DNA from: Perna viridis
Lineage: Eukaryota
Direction: 5' to 3'
DNA length: 64,000 nt
Assembly: GCA_037379345.1 (NCBI GenBank)
Contig: CM074511.1
Location: 49,792,862 to 49,856,861 of the forward strand
Under the pieces are notes generated by a model. It was not told the origin of the DNA. It was given only the letters and a program-made list of their open reading frames with translations, and searched no databases. Position numbers and translations under genes: made by a program. Below, piece after piece: positions 50,301 through 62,292 of this stretch. Numbering within the stretch: the first letter of the stretch is position 1; every line of letters starts with the position of its first letter.

Positions 50301-53236
50301 GATTTCAAATTTCCTGTTTGATGACTTTGTTTATACATATGTATTGTGATTATATGGTAACTTGGATAGGGAGAGGAGGTATTCTTCAGTGAGCTATGCT
50401 TTAAGTTTTTCTAATGAATAGTTTTCCTTTGAAGTAATTAATGTGAAGTTTTGTCAAAAATGAAACATGTTAAATTTTATCATCATATATAATCATCACA
50501 CTAATATATATAGGACAAATCCTGAAATGTTACACCCGGTTACCTAAAGAATCTTAAATTCAGATTTCCTACAAATTCTTTCTCAAGTCAAATTTGGACC
50601 AATCAAATCATGAAATTTAAGATTCAAGGAAAAATTCCATGTTTTGAGGAAAATCTCAGTTCAAATTTTTTTTTTATGATTCTCTGGTGTTGTTATAAAC
50701 AAACATGTGAAGTCTGGTTGTCATCAAGGATACATGTGAAGTCTGGGACAGCTTATAAAGCCAATATGAACTAGAGAATCCAACCAAGGGAGTTGTCATC
50801 GCTTTGCCCAGTGCAAATTTAAAATATGATCTGGGTTGTTAAATATCTAATCTTTTATTTTCATTTGTAGGAAGATCGATTAAAGAAACCATACACAGCA
50901 GAGAATGGTTTACAGTTTCGTTGTCCAGAAGTTGCCTGTGGTAGAAGTAATGGAACTAAAGCTACTGATATGTACTGTCTAGGATTGGTTATATTATGGG
51001 TACCTAAATATACTTATATATATATATGCAAGTTTATCTATCTTTTCTTTGGGTAAATCAAATTATGTTTGTGACTGTCAGAATGGTGTTTTTACAAATC
51101 TTAATCGAAATAATTTGAATGATACTCTTCAAAGTCGTATGAATTACTCATGTAAGGAGAATAAAGCAGTAATTTTGTTATCTTTTGTAGCTTTACTTTC
51201 CATCCCTACCTATTCCATTCAAAGCTGATGGCTATCTGAGATTAAATGACCTTCAAATGGTAAGGATATTTCAATTCTGTACTAGGTTGTACTGCTGCAT
51301 ACCCATGCATTTGTGAGTAACTGGAAAAACCTTTGGGAGGAAGTTAAATAAGAATGTTTTGTTTGATTCAAGGAAGATCATGATGTTTTCATTATTTTCT
51401 TTTTTTTTTGTATTTAAGAATGATATGATTTTAACAATAAAAAGTGGGTACTTATGTGTAGCTGTTTATTAATTGGTTGAAGTTGGTATTATGTATATTT
51501 TGATGCTAGCTTTAGATAAAAAAGGACTGATTAAATCTTACTATGGTTCATTGTTTGGCAGTATGAATACCGTATATACTCGAGTGTAAGTCGATCTGCC
51601 ATTAAGTCAGACCACCCTTTGCAGTTCAAAATTTCTGGAACCTAGCCTCGACCCGCTTATATGTCAGACTGATTTGACAGCTGCATAAAAGGCCAGTATT
51701 GTGGCAAAATAAAGACTTTTAACAGTAAAGATTCTTTTACTGCATCATATTTTAGCTGTGAAAGGTAGAAGATGAAGAGATTCTTCCTGAAACTGACATC
51801 CACAATTTAAACATTGGGGTAAACCACACCAGTATGGCTGTTCAAAGTTGGTGTAATGCTCATGTCAATTTTCAAGGTTTTGACATTTTCAAGCTGAAAA
51901 TTTTAGTTCTTATGTCAAAACCCTTCACAGCAGTTAAAATTTTTTGTCTCAGAAATGGACTTGTAGGCGAGTATATACAATACCACCAGTCTGAGAAAAG
52001 GACTTGAAGCACAAATTTGCTCAGAAATTCTCTCAATTATTAAAATATCTTTGTTAATATATTCGTTGTGTTATTGTTTTACAGGATCCCCAAATTGCCA
52101 CATTGTTATATAACCTGTTAAGTAACCCTGACTGTCGATATCGTGCCACCCAGGTGCTGGCTTGTGACTACTTCAAAGCTGATATGTCATTACCACTATC
52201 AAATCAGTCAGATTCTAGGTAGGTTGTTAAAAATATAAGAACTTTCTCAAGGAAATAAAAGTGAATCAATAAAAAAGTCTAAAGTATTTAAATTTTCAGG
52301 GAAATGTTTGGCTTTTGAAGGATATAAATCCAAAAGAAGTTATTTATTTCCACATCCTGTTATAAACCAGTATATATATGTTATTTTTTTTTTTATGAAA
52401 GTGGAGTTAAAAATAAGTATGCAATCATAATCATGTTAATGTTTATTCAAATAAAAGTATGCGAAAAATTTAATTTAAAAAAATTACGTTTCCTTACATA
52501 ATGTTATCCAGATGTGTAAAGTCACAAACAGTGTGCCTCTATGATGTTGATAACAAGACCTGAACTGGAAAAGAAATACTGAATTGCTACCGTACATTTA
52601 AAGACACTCTAGTAGAAATAGGGGGATATGGGCTCATAATCCCTTTCAGTGTTCTTTATTCCCTGTATAGTAGAAGTCCTGTATTTTCATCTAAACATAT
52701 GATGCCTTTATACAATATGAATAATTTATATAAAAAAAACAGCTACTGAGGTGTTATCTATTTGTAGTACTGAAGACAGTCAGGAAGGCTCAGTTTGTAC
52801 AGTGATAGACAATTCTCTGCCTCCTTGTGAAGACATTATAACAGTGAGTGAACAGGCTGAAGAATCATTTTCGTCCATTGATGTGGTGCAGTCTGAGGAA
52901 ACATACTCATCTATAAATGGTGATGAACCACCAGAGAACTTTCATCCTGTTGAACACACTTTCCCTGTTATATCTCAGTTTAATCCATCAGAGATCACTA
53001 CAAACCAAGGTGGGGAAGATGGCATGTTTGCTAATAGTGCTGAAATGTTGGCCAATTGTCTTTCACAGTTGCCTCCCTTGTCAGACCTGCCAGGACTTCC
53101 TGATTCTGATCAAGAAAGATTTAAGACTCCAACTCAGGATGAGTCTGATGAACAGTCACAGTCTGAAGATGTCTGTCCTCCTCTTTCTGAGGATGGAGAT
53201 AGAAAAGAGATTGAGAATGAGGAGGTTGATCCATGA
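20314..53236 (+). CDS. STK31: STK31/TDRD8-like protein: RRM + Tudor + coiled coil + kinase-fold (pseudokinase) + acidic tail, 30 coding exons
   Basis: Phase-consistent exons: 20314-20379, 23335-23420, 23644-23748, 24534-24625, 27324-27389, 27964-28016, 28437-28659, 30438-30598, 30993-31215, 31691-31844, 32820-32915, 33323-33421, 33864-33999, 37834-37877, 38582-38747, 39132-39254, 40425-40529, 41689-41778, 43538-43648, 43833(or 43848)-44096, 44595-44696, 45261-45341, 45905-46021, 46213-46338, 48308-48391, 48865-49014, 50871-50999, 51191-51259, 52085-52218, 52768-53236. Motifs: RNP2 VWVGNLP, RNP1 YKFGFVKY, Tudor FSEDNQWYR...VQYIDYGNSE, HFPEL, IIHGEISPTNI, CPE, TDMYCLGLVILWL. Tudor plus kinase fold is the STK31 architecture. 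Confidence 0.88.
24300..24500 (-). repeat. Dispersed repeat (tail of the Penelope-like element)
   Basis: Highly similar to 13352-13546; ends ~35 nt before the acceptor of STK31 exon 24534. Confidence 0.8.
25015..25848 (+). mobile_element. HINE-like element, same family as 5141-6209 (more diverged)
   Basis: Shared GAGCTATTGCCATC start, AAAAAACATGGCC repeats, and 3' AGGTGAG + hairpin AGGCTCTCTTAGAGCCT. Confidence 0.65.
28673..29647. mobile_element. Tc1/mariner (pogo/Tigger-like) non-autonomous element
   Basis: TA|CAGTGGAACCCC ... GAGGTTGCACTG|TA with subterminal CCTCTGAAAACCGG repeats; inserted 13 nt after a Tudor-exon donor site. Confidence 0.78.
32082..32570 (+). mobile_element. SINE-like retroposon copy 2 (short internal deletion)
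   Basis: Homology to copy 1; TSD TTATAATGTACA at 32070-32081 and 32571-32582; in an STK31 intron, sense orientation. Confidence 0.92.
34621..36349 (-). pseudogene. hAT transposase pseudogene with frameshifts and stops
   Basis: Fragments in different frames carry DESTE, GTDGASIMTGRQNGV, IHCAAQ (decayed CxxH), VRWLS and the C-terminal dimerisation motif ERGFSTQNQTKSRLRTNL near 34750-34800. Confidence 0.88.
36742..37252 (+). mobile_element. SINE-like retroposon copy 3, nested in the hAT element
   Basis: Homology to copy 1; TSD TGTCACTTCGGG at 36730-36741 and 37253-37264. Confidence 0.92.
39916..40285. mobile_element. MITE with 17-bp perfect TIR and 6-bp flanking duplication
   Basis: CAGGGTTCTCAATAAGT / ACTTATTGAGAACCCTG, with CAGGGC on both flanks. 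Confidence 0.82.
40692..41205 (+). mobile_element. SINE-like retroposon copy 4
   Basis: Homology to copy 1; (AATC)n tail; TSD CTAACAC(T/C)TGT at 40680-40690 and 41206-41216; appears nested in a degenerate Tigger-like MITE. Confidence 0.9.
42220..43325. mobile_element. Tc1/mariner (pogo/Tigger-like) non-autonomous element
   Basis: TA|CAGTGGATTCCGCTTAATTGCATA ... TATGCGATTAAGTGGAGTCGACTG|TA. Confidence 0.78.
43336..43494. repeat. Short foldback palindrome (MITE-like), ~45-bp arms
   Basis: GAAATAAATCACAGAAACTCAATTTTATCATTGTTTTACCACAGG / CCTGTGGTGAAACAATGATAAAATTGAGTTTCCATGATTTATTTC. Confidence 0.8.
48727..48786. repeat. Compound microsatellite (TG)/(TCTG)/(GC)8
   Basis: Read directly from the sequence. 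Confidence 0.9.
51570..51980. mobile_element. Mariner-like MITE
   Basis: TA|CCGTATATACTCGAGTGTAAGTC ... GACTTGTAGGCGAGTATATACAA|TA. Confidence 0.65.
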
Positions 53237-53298
53237 AATCCTAGTATAACATTCCACATACATTTGTTACCAAAATAACTTCTCTAGCTGTTGTCAAC

Positions 53299-53494
53299 TT
53301 GTCTATTGATTCATTGGTTAATGATCACCTGGTTACTTAAGGTATAATTGTCTATTGATTCAATGGTTAATGATAACCTGGTTACTTAAGGTATAATTGT
53401 CTATTGATTCAATGGTTAATGATAACCTGGTTACTTAAGGTATAATTGTCTATTGATTCAGTATTTAATGATAACCTGGTTACTTAAGGTATAA
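53299..53494. repeat. 49-bp tandem repeat x4 in the presumed STK31 3' UTR
   Basis: Unit TTGTCTATTGATTCAATGGTTAATGATAACCTGGTTACTTAAGGTATAA at 53299, 53348, 53397, 53446. Confidence 0.92.
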
Positions 53495-56400
53495 TGTCTT
53501 GAGAGTATTTTTCATGGAGTTTGGTTCGTTGTTATTTTTGACTAGGAAGTCTAATTGTGAAGCTGTAGAGACTTGTTTCATTTCAAGTTCGTTTAACTTT
53601 TGTTGTATGAAATGTGGATACCTTGATGAGCTGTGTGAGTAAGGACATAATAATCATTTACGAATTTAATCCTTGCTAGAAAACCAACTGCATACTAAGT
53701 TTCACATAACTATGGTCACTGTTTTTTGTTTGCTTTGTTTTAACATTGAGTTGGAGCTACGAAAGTAGATACTCAAAATGGAATTGATCTCTTGTAACAA
53801 GTCCATGAAAGCCATTAGTGATGTTCCATTTAAATCTACATGAGAAGGGGATGCCATTTTTTTCTTTTTCTTTTAGTGGATGGTAAAAAATATTTTTATA
53901 TATATTGGTAGGCGGGTATGTTTAATAAATATAATTGTTTTTGTAGGAGTGAAATTTCATTTCTAAAATTCAATACACCTGGGAGTTGGGAGATTTTTAT
54001 GCTCTGATATCTCAAAATCTAGTACTACACATGCATTTTTCAACAGATTGATAATTTTTTTAAATATTTTTTTTATTCTCGGGTTGGGGGTTAGCAACAT
54101 TTTTTTTTCATATTGGGGGAGGAGGGGGGTTTCTTTTACCAGTTTCACCCCCCTCTCCTTGTAAATTTAAATGGAACAGCCCTTATATATCAGGTGACCT
54201 AAATAGCCAGGTTTTGCAGGAACTGTCAAGATCTGTTCTGTATAATAGATGCTATTTGTAGTTTCTTCTTATGTCAGTAAAAATTGATGTAAGAAGAAGG
54301 TAGAAGTAATACATTCTCTGAACATAGATCCTGTCAAGATGCTCAGTTGTTTAATTATTTTCATTTATACATGTACTTGCATTCTAATTAGAAATTCATT
54401 TTAAGGTAAAAAATCAAACCATTTCTGTGGAATTTCAACATAAACTTTCTTTTCTCCTAATTGAACCAAGGTAATTATTTTCCATTGTTTTTAAGTCACT
54501 AATAATGTGATAAGTGTCATATAATGTTAATAATCAATTTCGCTGGTACTAATTTTCATGCTTTTCAGTCCACCACGAAATTAGCGAAAAACAGTACACC
54601 TCGAAAATTAATTTGTTTACAATAAACAATTCATGTCATTTAGTGCCAGTTAGGCATTTGAGGTACTATCTGTATAATATATGTAATTTGTTTTGTGTTG
54701 AAGTTTAAATCTCAGAAGTGTGCCATTCCTACCATTATTCATGAAATTAGACATGAAAGTCATTTTTGAGTGCAGGATCATTTTCATATTGTTCATTGAT
54801 CAACTGTTCCTGGTTATATACATGATTATGAAAATAAGGAAGTATGAAGATGTTTATTGAAAACTTTTTTTGCAATTTTCACTCATTTTTAAATTAAGCT
54901 AACAGAAATGAAATTAATATTTTAAATGAAGTTTCTGTCAAATTCTGTGTTATTTTATATAAAGTGATGATATGTTGATGTGATTTATCAGAAAGGTGAT
55001 TTTTTGTTAATGATCTTATCTACTAGTCATAGTAACTACAAATTGTTTTAATACAGTCTTTGTCAATACTTGTTTGTTTTTACTTACCATATATATCGAA
55101 ACCATATTTGCCATTTCCCAAAGTCTTCACTGATAATTTCAACATTTTAAAATAGCTTCTCTGGAATGTAGCTTGACTTAAATCTAAAGAAGACAGTTGA
55201 AAATTCTCAGATATGCAGCCCATCATTGATCACTCACTGGAAGTAACTGTCATGGAAATTTCACTTGTTTTCTGTTTAGGACAGTTTGATATAATCAACT
55301 TGTGCTACGTCAGTTATATTTGGTATGCATTTCCAATAGATCACTTTAGCACAATTCTTTATTCATTTTAAGCATATGCCGTCGCAGTCAAGGTCTATTG
55401 ACTTTGAGATTTTGCCTTATTGGAACATGCCTTCGTCAGTGCTCCATATATTCACAATAAACTATATCTGAGGAATCTGTCCACTTGGGTGGTGTCAAAT
55501 TATAGTATTGACATTATAAATTGTCCATAATATATGAAATTAGTAACAATGTCAGTTGTCACTTTCACTCAAATTTTAAATATTAGCGTCCATGTGCGAC
55601 AGGGGCAACATCAACGTGATAACAGTTATCAGGTGGACTCTGAGGCATATTTTCACATACAATGGTTTTAAAAATGTCTACCACGGTGTCCAAAAATAGT
55701 CCCATCTCAAAATGTGTGTTATTGCAACCTTCCAATATCAAACAGTACAAAAACCACCTACAGATATGTGTATTATCAGTAAAAACTGGAAATGAGCTAT
55801 TTTTGTATTTTGAGAAGTATAAAGAGAAAATAGGTAACCATCTTAATTTTTTTTAGTCATTTTGAGTGTTGGTCAATAGGGCATTTCATGACTTAAGTTA
55901 GCAGGTTGGAACAGTACTGATTAAAGTCATTCAAAAGGATGAAATCTAAATGATTTGCATTTTCTCATGACATTGGCCTTTATTTTCACCAGGTAGAGGC
56001 TTATTTTGTTTTTTTCAGGAATATGAGGAGTATTCTTTTTGTATAGTAAAACTTTGGTCTCTTGACTTGAATAAAAAATTATTTAGAAAAACAAGAAGTT
56101 TTTCTTATAAAAATACTGTGAAAGTAATCTGTGGGTGCATTTTTTGTAGGTGGGCATCTAAATTAACTAAAAATTGCATTTTGATAATGTCAAAATTGCA
56201 ACTTTTTATAAACGTATAACTAGACTATTTTTTTTACCATAAACTTATCAAGAGTATTAAATTTATGACAAACAAGTGTCTTATGATACTATGTAGGTGG
56301 CAACTGATGCAGAACAAAATAATTCAGATAAATTCATTGATGGTTCCCTTGGAGACGGGTTATTAAAATGACATGGGTCTGCCTTTGTAGCAGACAAGTG

Positions 56401-57161
56401 AAATGAATTTGTTAGTAACCATGGCAATGGGCTAACACAAGTAAAAAAGTGATTATTTGCCATGTTTACATGCCAAGATGACTTCACACAATGATGAAAA
56501 AAAGCAATATGGGATATATATATATGTGTAAATTTTCCAATCTTGTATTTACTTTCTGGTCCTTAAAGAGAACCGCGACAATTAAAAAGTTGAACGTCTG
56601 CATCGGAGGTACATGAAGATCGATATGGTGGGCAACTATCAACTTTATACACTCTCATGTGATTCCTGTATTTAATGTAAGCGCTAAATTTGTATCCCTA
56701 AAAGCAGAGAATGTTTGCTTTACCAGTTCACTACGAGTTCTGTATCTTTGTAGATCCCGTGTTTCTCATTTTCTATTGTTTTCTAGGTCGTTGTTAGCTT
56801 TGCAATTTGGGTTTCGTGTTTTCTGTGAAGTGTTGTCTGTTTTTTCTTCCCAGTCTGCTTCGATTAAACCTAACATATTAGCTACCCTACATGGCTATTT
56901 AACGACACTGTCAGTTATTCAAATAAGTCCCGAGCTGTATTTGATAACATACAGTTAAAACAATTTTACATTAACGATGATGAGATTCAGTATAATTTAA
57001 TACCACAAAAATGTATAAATAAACTGTCTCAGATTCATTTGTCTTAAAAGTATATAAAAAGTTTAGTTCTGCATTCAATAAATCTTGTATATATCTTAAC
57101 AGGCTGAAATTAAAATGGTTATCTTATCTTGTGGTTTCATATTCTGTGTATTATTAGGACA

Positions 57162-60100
57162 ATGAAGTTCACATGTAAGTAACAGATGTAATAGCTTGTA
57201 AAATTGAGGACTGGTTCAAACAGTGGTTAAATTGTCTCTGGCGTGACTTCCCCGCCTCCATAAAGCATGAAGTTGATTTAAAAATATTTAACTCTTCTTG
57301 ACAAATGAGATTGATTGATTGATTGATTGTTGGGGTTTAACGTCCGAGCAGCAATATTTCAGCTATATTCAGACGATGAACATGAAATGATGATGTAATG
57401 AAAAAAAAACAAAGGGATGGGACACAAGGATAATGGGGTCGACAAATTTTGATTGCCACTGAAAAAAGGAGAGATGGGTAAGGTAGGACAATTTAGCCTC
57501 CTGTGGCGGAGGGCAAATGTTCCTACTCCTATCGAATACCACAGCAGGGTTCTTTAACGTGCAAGGAATGTGGCATCTTTCCCAACACGGTGCACCACTA
57601 TGGTTTGCGGTCAGGTTTTCCGTATTATAGCCTGACAACCCCAGCATGTAACACGCCAGGGGTACCCCCATTCCACCACCGGGAGCACACATCCCAATTG
57701 CTCTGTGGGCAGAGCGCCTAGCCCCAGGCTATGTTTCTGAACACTACGTAGTCGCCTTTTACGACCAGCTTAGCGCTGCTGCAGGCCTATTCTTTTAACA
57801 CCCGGACGTGCACGGGGCTAAATAACTACACATATTAAGCATCTACATCTACATTGGCGACAATGTCTATGGATATTTAGAGAACTCATACAAGACGGCT
57901 AATTCTGTGAGCTAAGTTGATTTTATAACTACACATATTAAGCATCTACATCTACACTGGCGGCAATGTCAATGGATATTTAGAGAACTCATACAAGACG
58001 GCTAATTCTGTGAGCTAAGTTGATTTTATAACTACACATATTAAGCATCTACATCTACATTGGCGGCAATGTCAATGGATATTTAGAGAACTCATACAAG
58101 ACGGCTAATTCTGTGAGCTAAGTTGATTTTATAACTACAAATATTAAGCATCTACATCTACATTGGCGACAATGTCAATGGATATTTATAGAACTCATAC
58201 AAGACGGCTAATTCTGTGAGCTAAGTTGATTATACATAATTTTTTTTAGATTTCCTTATCTTTTTTATCGAGGTGGAAATATGTATGTATAATACTATGT
58301 TTTTAAGTTCTTCGTTCTAAAAATTGTGATACCAATAGTTCTTAAAATATATATTACAAATCGAAAAAGGAATTACTTAATTTCTAGACTGACCACTATA
58401 CAAGAAAGCATTTCTTAAAAAATTTCTAGTTTTTTTTTTTTTTTTAAGAATAGCTGTTATATTGTTTTTGACCCGTCCGTCTGTCCGTCAGTCCGTCCGT
58501 CAGTCCATCATCAGTTTTACGGACTTTTCTTCTAAATGCTTGCAGATATTGACATGATTTTTGGTATATAAGTTCACCATGATAAGTTACAGGTCAAGTT
58601 TAACTTTCGTTCAGCTTCGATGATTTTTACCGAAATTACGGGCCTTGAACTTAGCAAAATTAACAGAAAAAAGTTTTCCGGGCATTTTTTTCTAAACGCT
58701 TGCAGATATTGACATGATTTTAGTACAGAAATTCACCATAAAAAGTTACAGGTCAAGTTCGACTTTCGTTCCGCTCCTGATGGTTTTTACCAAAATCACG
58801 GGTCTTTAACTTAGCAAATTCACAGAAATTTTTTTTTCTGAACGCTTGCAGATATTGACATAATTTTTGGTATATAAACTCACCATGATAAGTTACAGGT
58901 CAAGTTTACGTTTTGTCCCGCTCTGATGGTTTTTACCGAAATTACGGGCCTTTAACTTAGCAAAATTCACAGAAATAACAGTTTTCCGGACTTTTTTCGA
59001 AACGCTTGTAGATATTTACATGATTTTGGTATATAAGTTCACCATGATATGTTACAGGTCAAGTTTACGTTTCGTTCCGCTCTGATGATTTTAACCGAAA
59101 TTACGGGCCTTGAACTTAGCAAAATTCACAGAAAAAAAAGTTTTCGGGACTTTTTTTTTCTAAACGCTTGCAGATATTGACATGATTTTTAGTATAGAAA
59201 TTCAACATGATAAGTTACAGGACAAGTTCGTAGTTGTTCCACTCCAACGATTTTTACCAAAATTACGGGTCTTGAACTTAGCTAAATTTACAGAAATAAC
59301 CGTTTATCGGACTTTGGTATATAAGTTCACCATGATAGGTTACAGGTCAAGTGTACGATTTGTTCCGCTACGATGATATTTACTTTGGATTAACTAAAAC
59401 TCAAAGAAATCACAGTCTGGAGTTTGAAACTACCATTCTGAGTAACAGAATTTAGTTAGAAGATGAAGGTCTAAAGCCAAAAAACACTCTTATTCCTTTT
59501 TATTGGGGTCCTTCTACATGTTTTTCTCCTACAAATTTATTTGATTATCTAACATGGGGACGCGTGGGTATGTGAGCGCCCACTAATTAAGGTTCTTTAA
59601 TTATGGACAATTTTCACGTTTAGCCGCTGGCCTTGAATGTTTTTCGTGTAGTGGAGTAGAAGATGCTAGAGAATGTAATCATCGCATTCAGTGTGCAGAT
59701 GGTGAGGTATATATTCCATATAGCAGGGAGTTAAACTTCATCTAGTATTACATCTACAGAGTCACTAGTACATTGGTTATGATACAGGAGTAACAAAACA
59801 AAAAACAACGGTTTTTACTTAGTCAAAGGAAATGAAGGTGGTAATTTGACAGACCTAATAAGATTTGAATTAATCGTGAAGTCTAATAAAATACTGTCTA
59901 TGTCGGCTTCTAGTTCAAATGGTTCAAGTCAACATCAACAGAATTAAACATGAATATGACTAAATATGTCAAAGTACAAAAAAACAAAAATAAATCAACC
60001 AAGTGACATATTGATTAAAAAAAACCGTAAGCTTGACCAGACATGTATATCTATTACAGCCATGTCATTGGTATTCATACTACCTTCTCCATAAAAGCCT

Positions 60101-61064
60101 TATTTTTCCAGGTTTGTTACATGCACAACTATGTTACAGAATCAGGAGCAGTGTTGTTTGATTACGGTTGTGGATCACCTCAGGTTGGCTCTCATTTTTG
60201 CAAAGTGATAAATTTGGTTCCGTTGGTTACTCTGTCACGTCCTTTTCCTTTGGAACGAGAATAAAAGACATGCAGTGACGCACCTAGAGGGGGTAGCTAG
60301 GGGGGTGTGGCACCCCTTTTTCATTTAAAAAAAATGTCATTTACATGTGTGAAATTGACCAAAAATGGCAGTTAATAACCTAGCACACCCTTTTCTCTGA
60401 GGAACCGCGACTGGCATTACTCCTTTTTTCAAAGTGTCTGTATCCGGCCTTGACATGACTGAATATTTAGATAAGTTAAATATACAAGTATTGGCATTTT
60501 CATCGATCAACCAGGCCACACAGATAACTTCACATACTACATACTGAGTATAAACTATTCTTTCTTTTTTCTCAGGGATGCAGTAAAACAATCATTGGTC
60601 CGATATTTGGTCGGAGAGATGAGGGACATCACGTCAAATGTACAGTATGTTGCAGCGGAAGATTGTGTAACGAATTGCTGAACTGTTCAAGTCCACAACA
60701 GAGTGAGTCGAAAAAAAATATGCCAGTTGAATTTACTGTGTTCATTGAGTCGAAAGGTACAAGGTAGTCGATAATTGATGTCAATGTTTTGTTTATTTCT
60801 ATCTCAACTTGTTTATCAAGTTAACTGTTTTATTAAATGAACACATAGAATTGTTTTATAAAGTCAATAAAAGATTTGGTCTTGTCAGTTTTGAAGCTTG
60901 ACAATGGACATAAAATTAAAATTACAGCTTCACCTGACCTACCTAGAGAATGTGCCGATTTGAAAATAATCAAAAGCGGAGTTTATAATATTTATCCATA
61001 TGGAAAGTCAGTTCCTGCAGTTCCTGTTTTCTGCGAGGTCGACTCTGCCATGCATATTTGGACG
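57162..61064 (+). CDS. Secreted Ly6/uPAR (three-finger)-like domain + fibrinogen-related domain protein, 5' part; remaining FReD exons not found in the window
   Basis: Exons 57162-57174, 58250-58282, 59624-59706, 60112-60183, 60576-60702, 60928-61064 join in frame: MKFTYFLIFFIEVEISAGLECFSCSGVEDARECNHRIQCADGEVCYMHNYVTESGAVLFDYGCGSPQGCSKTIIGPIFGRRDEGHHVKCTVCCSGRLCNELLNCSSPQQTSPDLPRECADLKIIKSGVYNIYPYGKSVPAVPVFCEVDSAMHIWT. LECxxC...CCxxxLCN is the LU pattern, and PRECxDL..SGVYxI..VFCE..WT is the start of a fibrinogen C-terminal domain. The first two micro-exons are less certain. Confidence 0.78.
57309..57817 (-). mobile_element. SINE-like retroposon copy 5
   Basis: Reverse-complement homology to copy 1; the tail reads (GATT)n on the + strand; no clear TSD. 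Confidence 0.9.
57822..58232. repeat. 103-bp tandem repeat x4
   Basis: Units starting ATAACTACA at 57822, 57925, 58028, 58131. Confidence 0.92.
58465..59598 (+). mobile_element. HINE-like element with ~160-bp internal satellite (about 5.5 units)
   Basis: (GTCC)n-like microsatellite at 58474-58506; unit marker GCTTG(C/T)AGATATT at 58538, 58698, 58844, 59004, 59166; 3' hairpin GTGGG...CCCAC. Confidence 0.7.
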
Positions 61065-62292
61065 GTAAAAACCTTCAATTTTCTGCGAAATATTTTGATA
61101 GAAAAAAAATATTACAATTGTCAAATGCCACCATATAATTAACTATGCCAGCTTAAATTGACAGAGGACAATTGGGCAGATATTAATGTTGCCATAAGAT
61201 ATTTTCTAATGAATTGATTGTGTACAGTAAGAATGTTCTAGTACTCATGGTCTCAGTATCGTATTAATTTTCCCATGGACTTCTATAGTGAAGTGCATAT
61301 TTTTAGGATTTTTTAAAAAAATATGTAAATTGATTCAATAAAACTTTCACTTATGTAGCATTTCTAAGGACATGTGAAAAAATAATTTCCTGCAAAGAAA
61401 ATAGGGTGAGTCCACGAAGATCGGACAGAAAAGTAGTCTCGAACTGTAAATAGCCATTTTCCCTACTTTCACTTTCGTTTTGCACTCACCAAACCAACCT
61501 TTTCAGTGGAACATTTTTATGATATTATGTTAGATTTTCTTTTAAAAAAGTTCTTCATCTTACAGTGTGATGTTTGCTCTATTTTATAAGTCATTGTTCA
61601 TATCCTTTGACAAAATATTAGTTTGTAGAGAGGCAAAAAGAAAATGCACTATATTTTTATAGCATCCATGTTTTGACGTACACCTGCTCAGGGATATGCA
61701 ATACGATACTGGTACCTCATGATGTACATGGCATAGTACATTATCATTTAGAATCATATTTTACTTTTTTTATTTTATTTTATATACTCTCAAGAACATG
61801 ATAAACACCTTCCAAAATGCACTCTTAACCATGAAAATGCATTCAATTATTCTGTACATCTGTATGCATTTTATCATACTGAGAAACCAAATTCATACTT
61901 AGCAGGGGAACACTTCCTAAGGTGTCCATTTATGCAAGTTCAACACATATCAAACTTCTGTCACATCTTTTCCATCATTTTACTGACAACACCTCCGTGT
62001 AAGTTTCATGGAATTAAAAAAAATACATGTAGTAAAAACATGTACATGTATACGTGAATCTTATCTTAATGTACATTCGTATCTTACAAGTTAACAAGAA
62101 GGTGAGTGTATATAGTCAAAACCTATAACGTCTTTGTAAACGCAAACACATGAAGTTAATAAATCATTAAAATAACCACATTTAAACTAAGTAAAACATC
62201 AGTAAAAAAATATTTACATAAACACAATATTCAATAATAAAAAACATAAAACATAATTTGGCAATCTGGTGCTACTCGTATCAGAAATCAGA

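Noticed and set aside
59075-59115. Hammerhead-like CTGATGA...GAAA in the 160-bp satellite
   Set aside because: No stem II or stem III pairing, and the core is not conserved in sister units (CTGATGG, TCGATGA).
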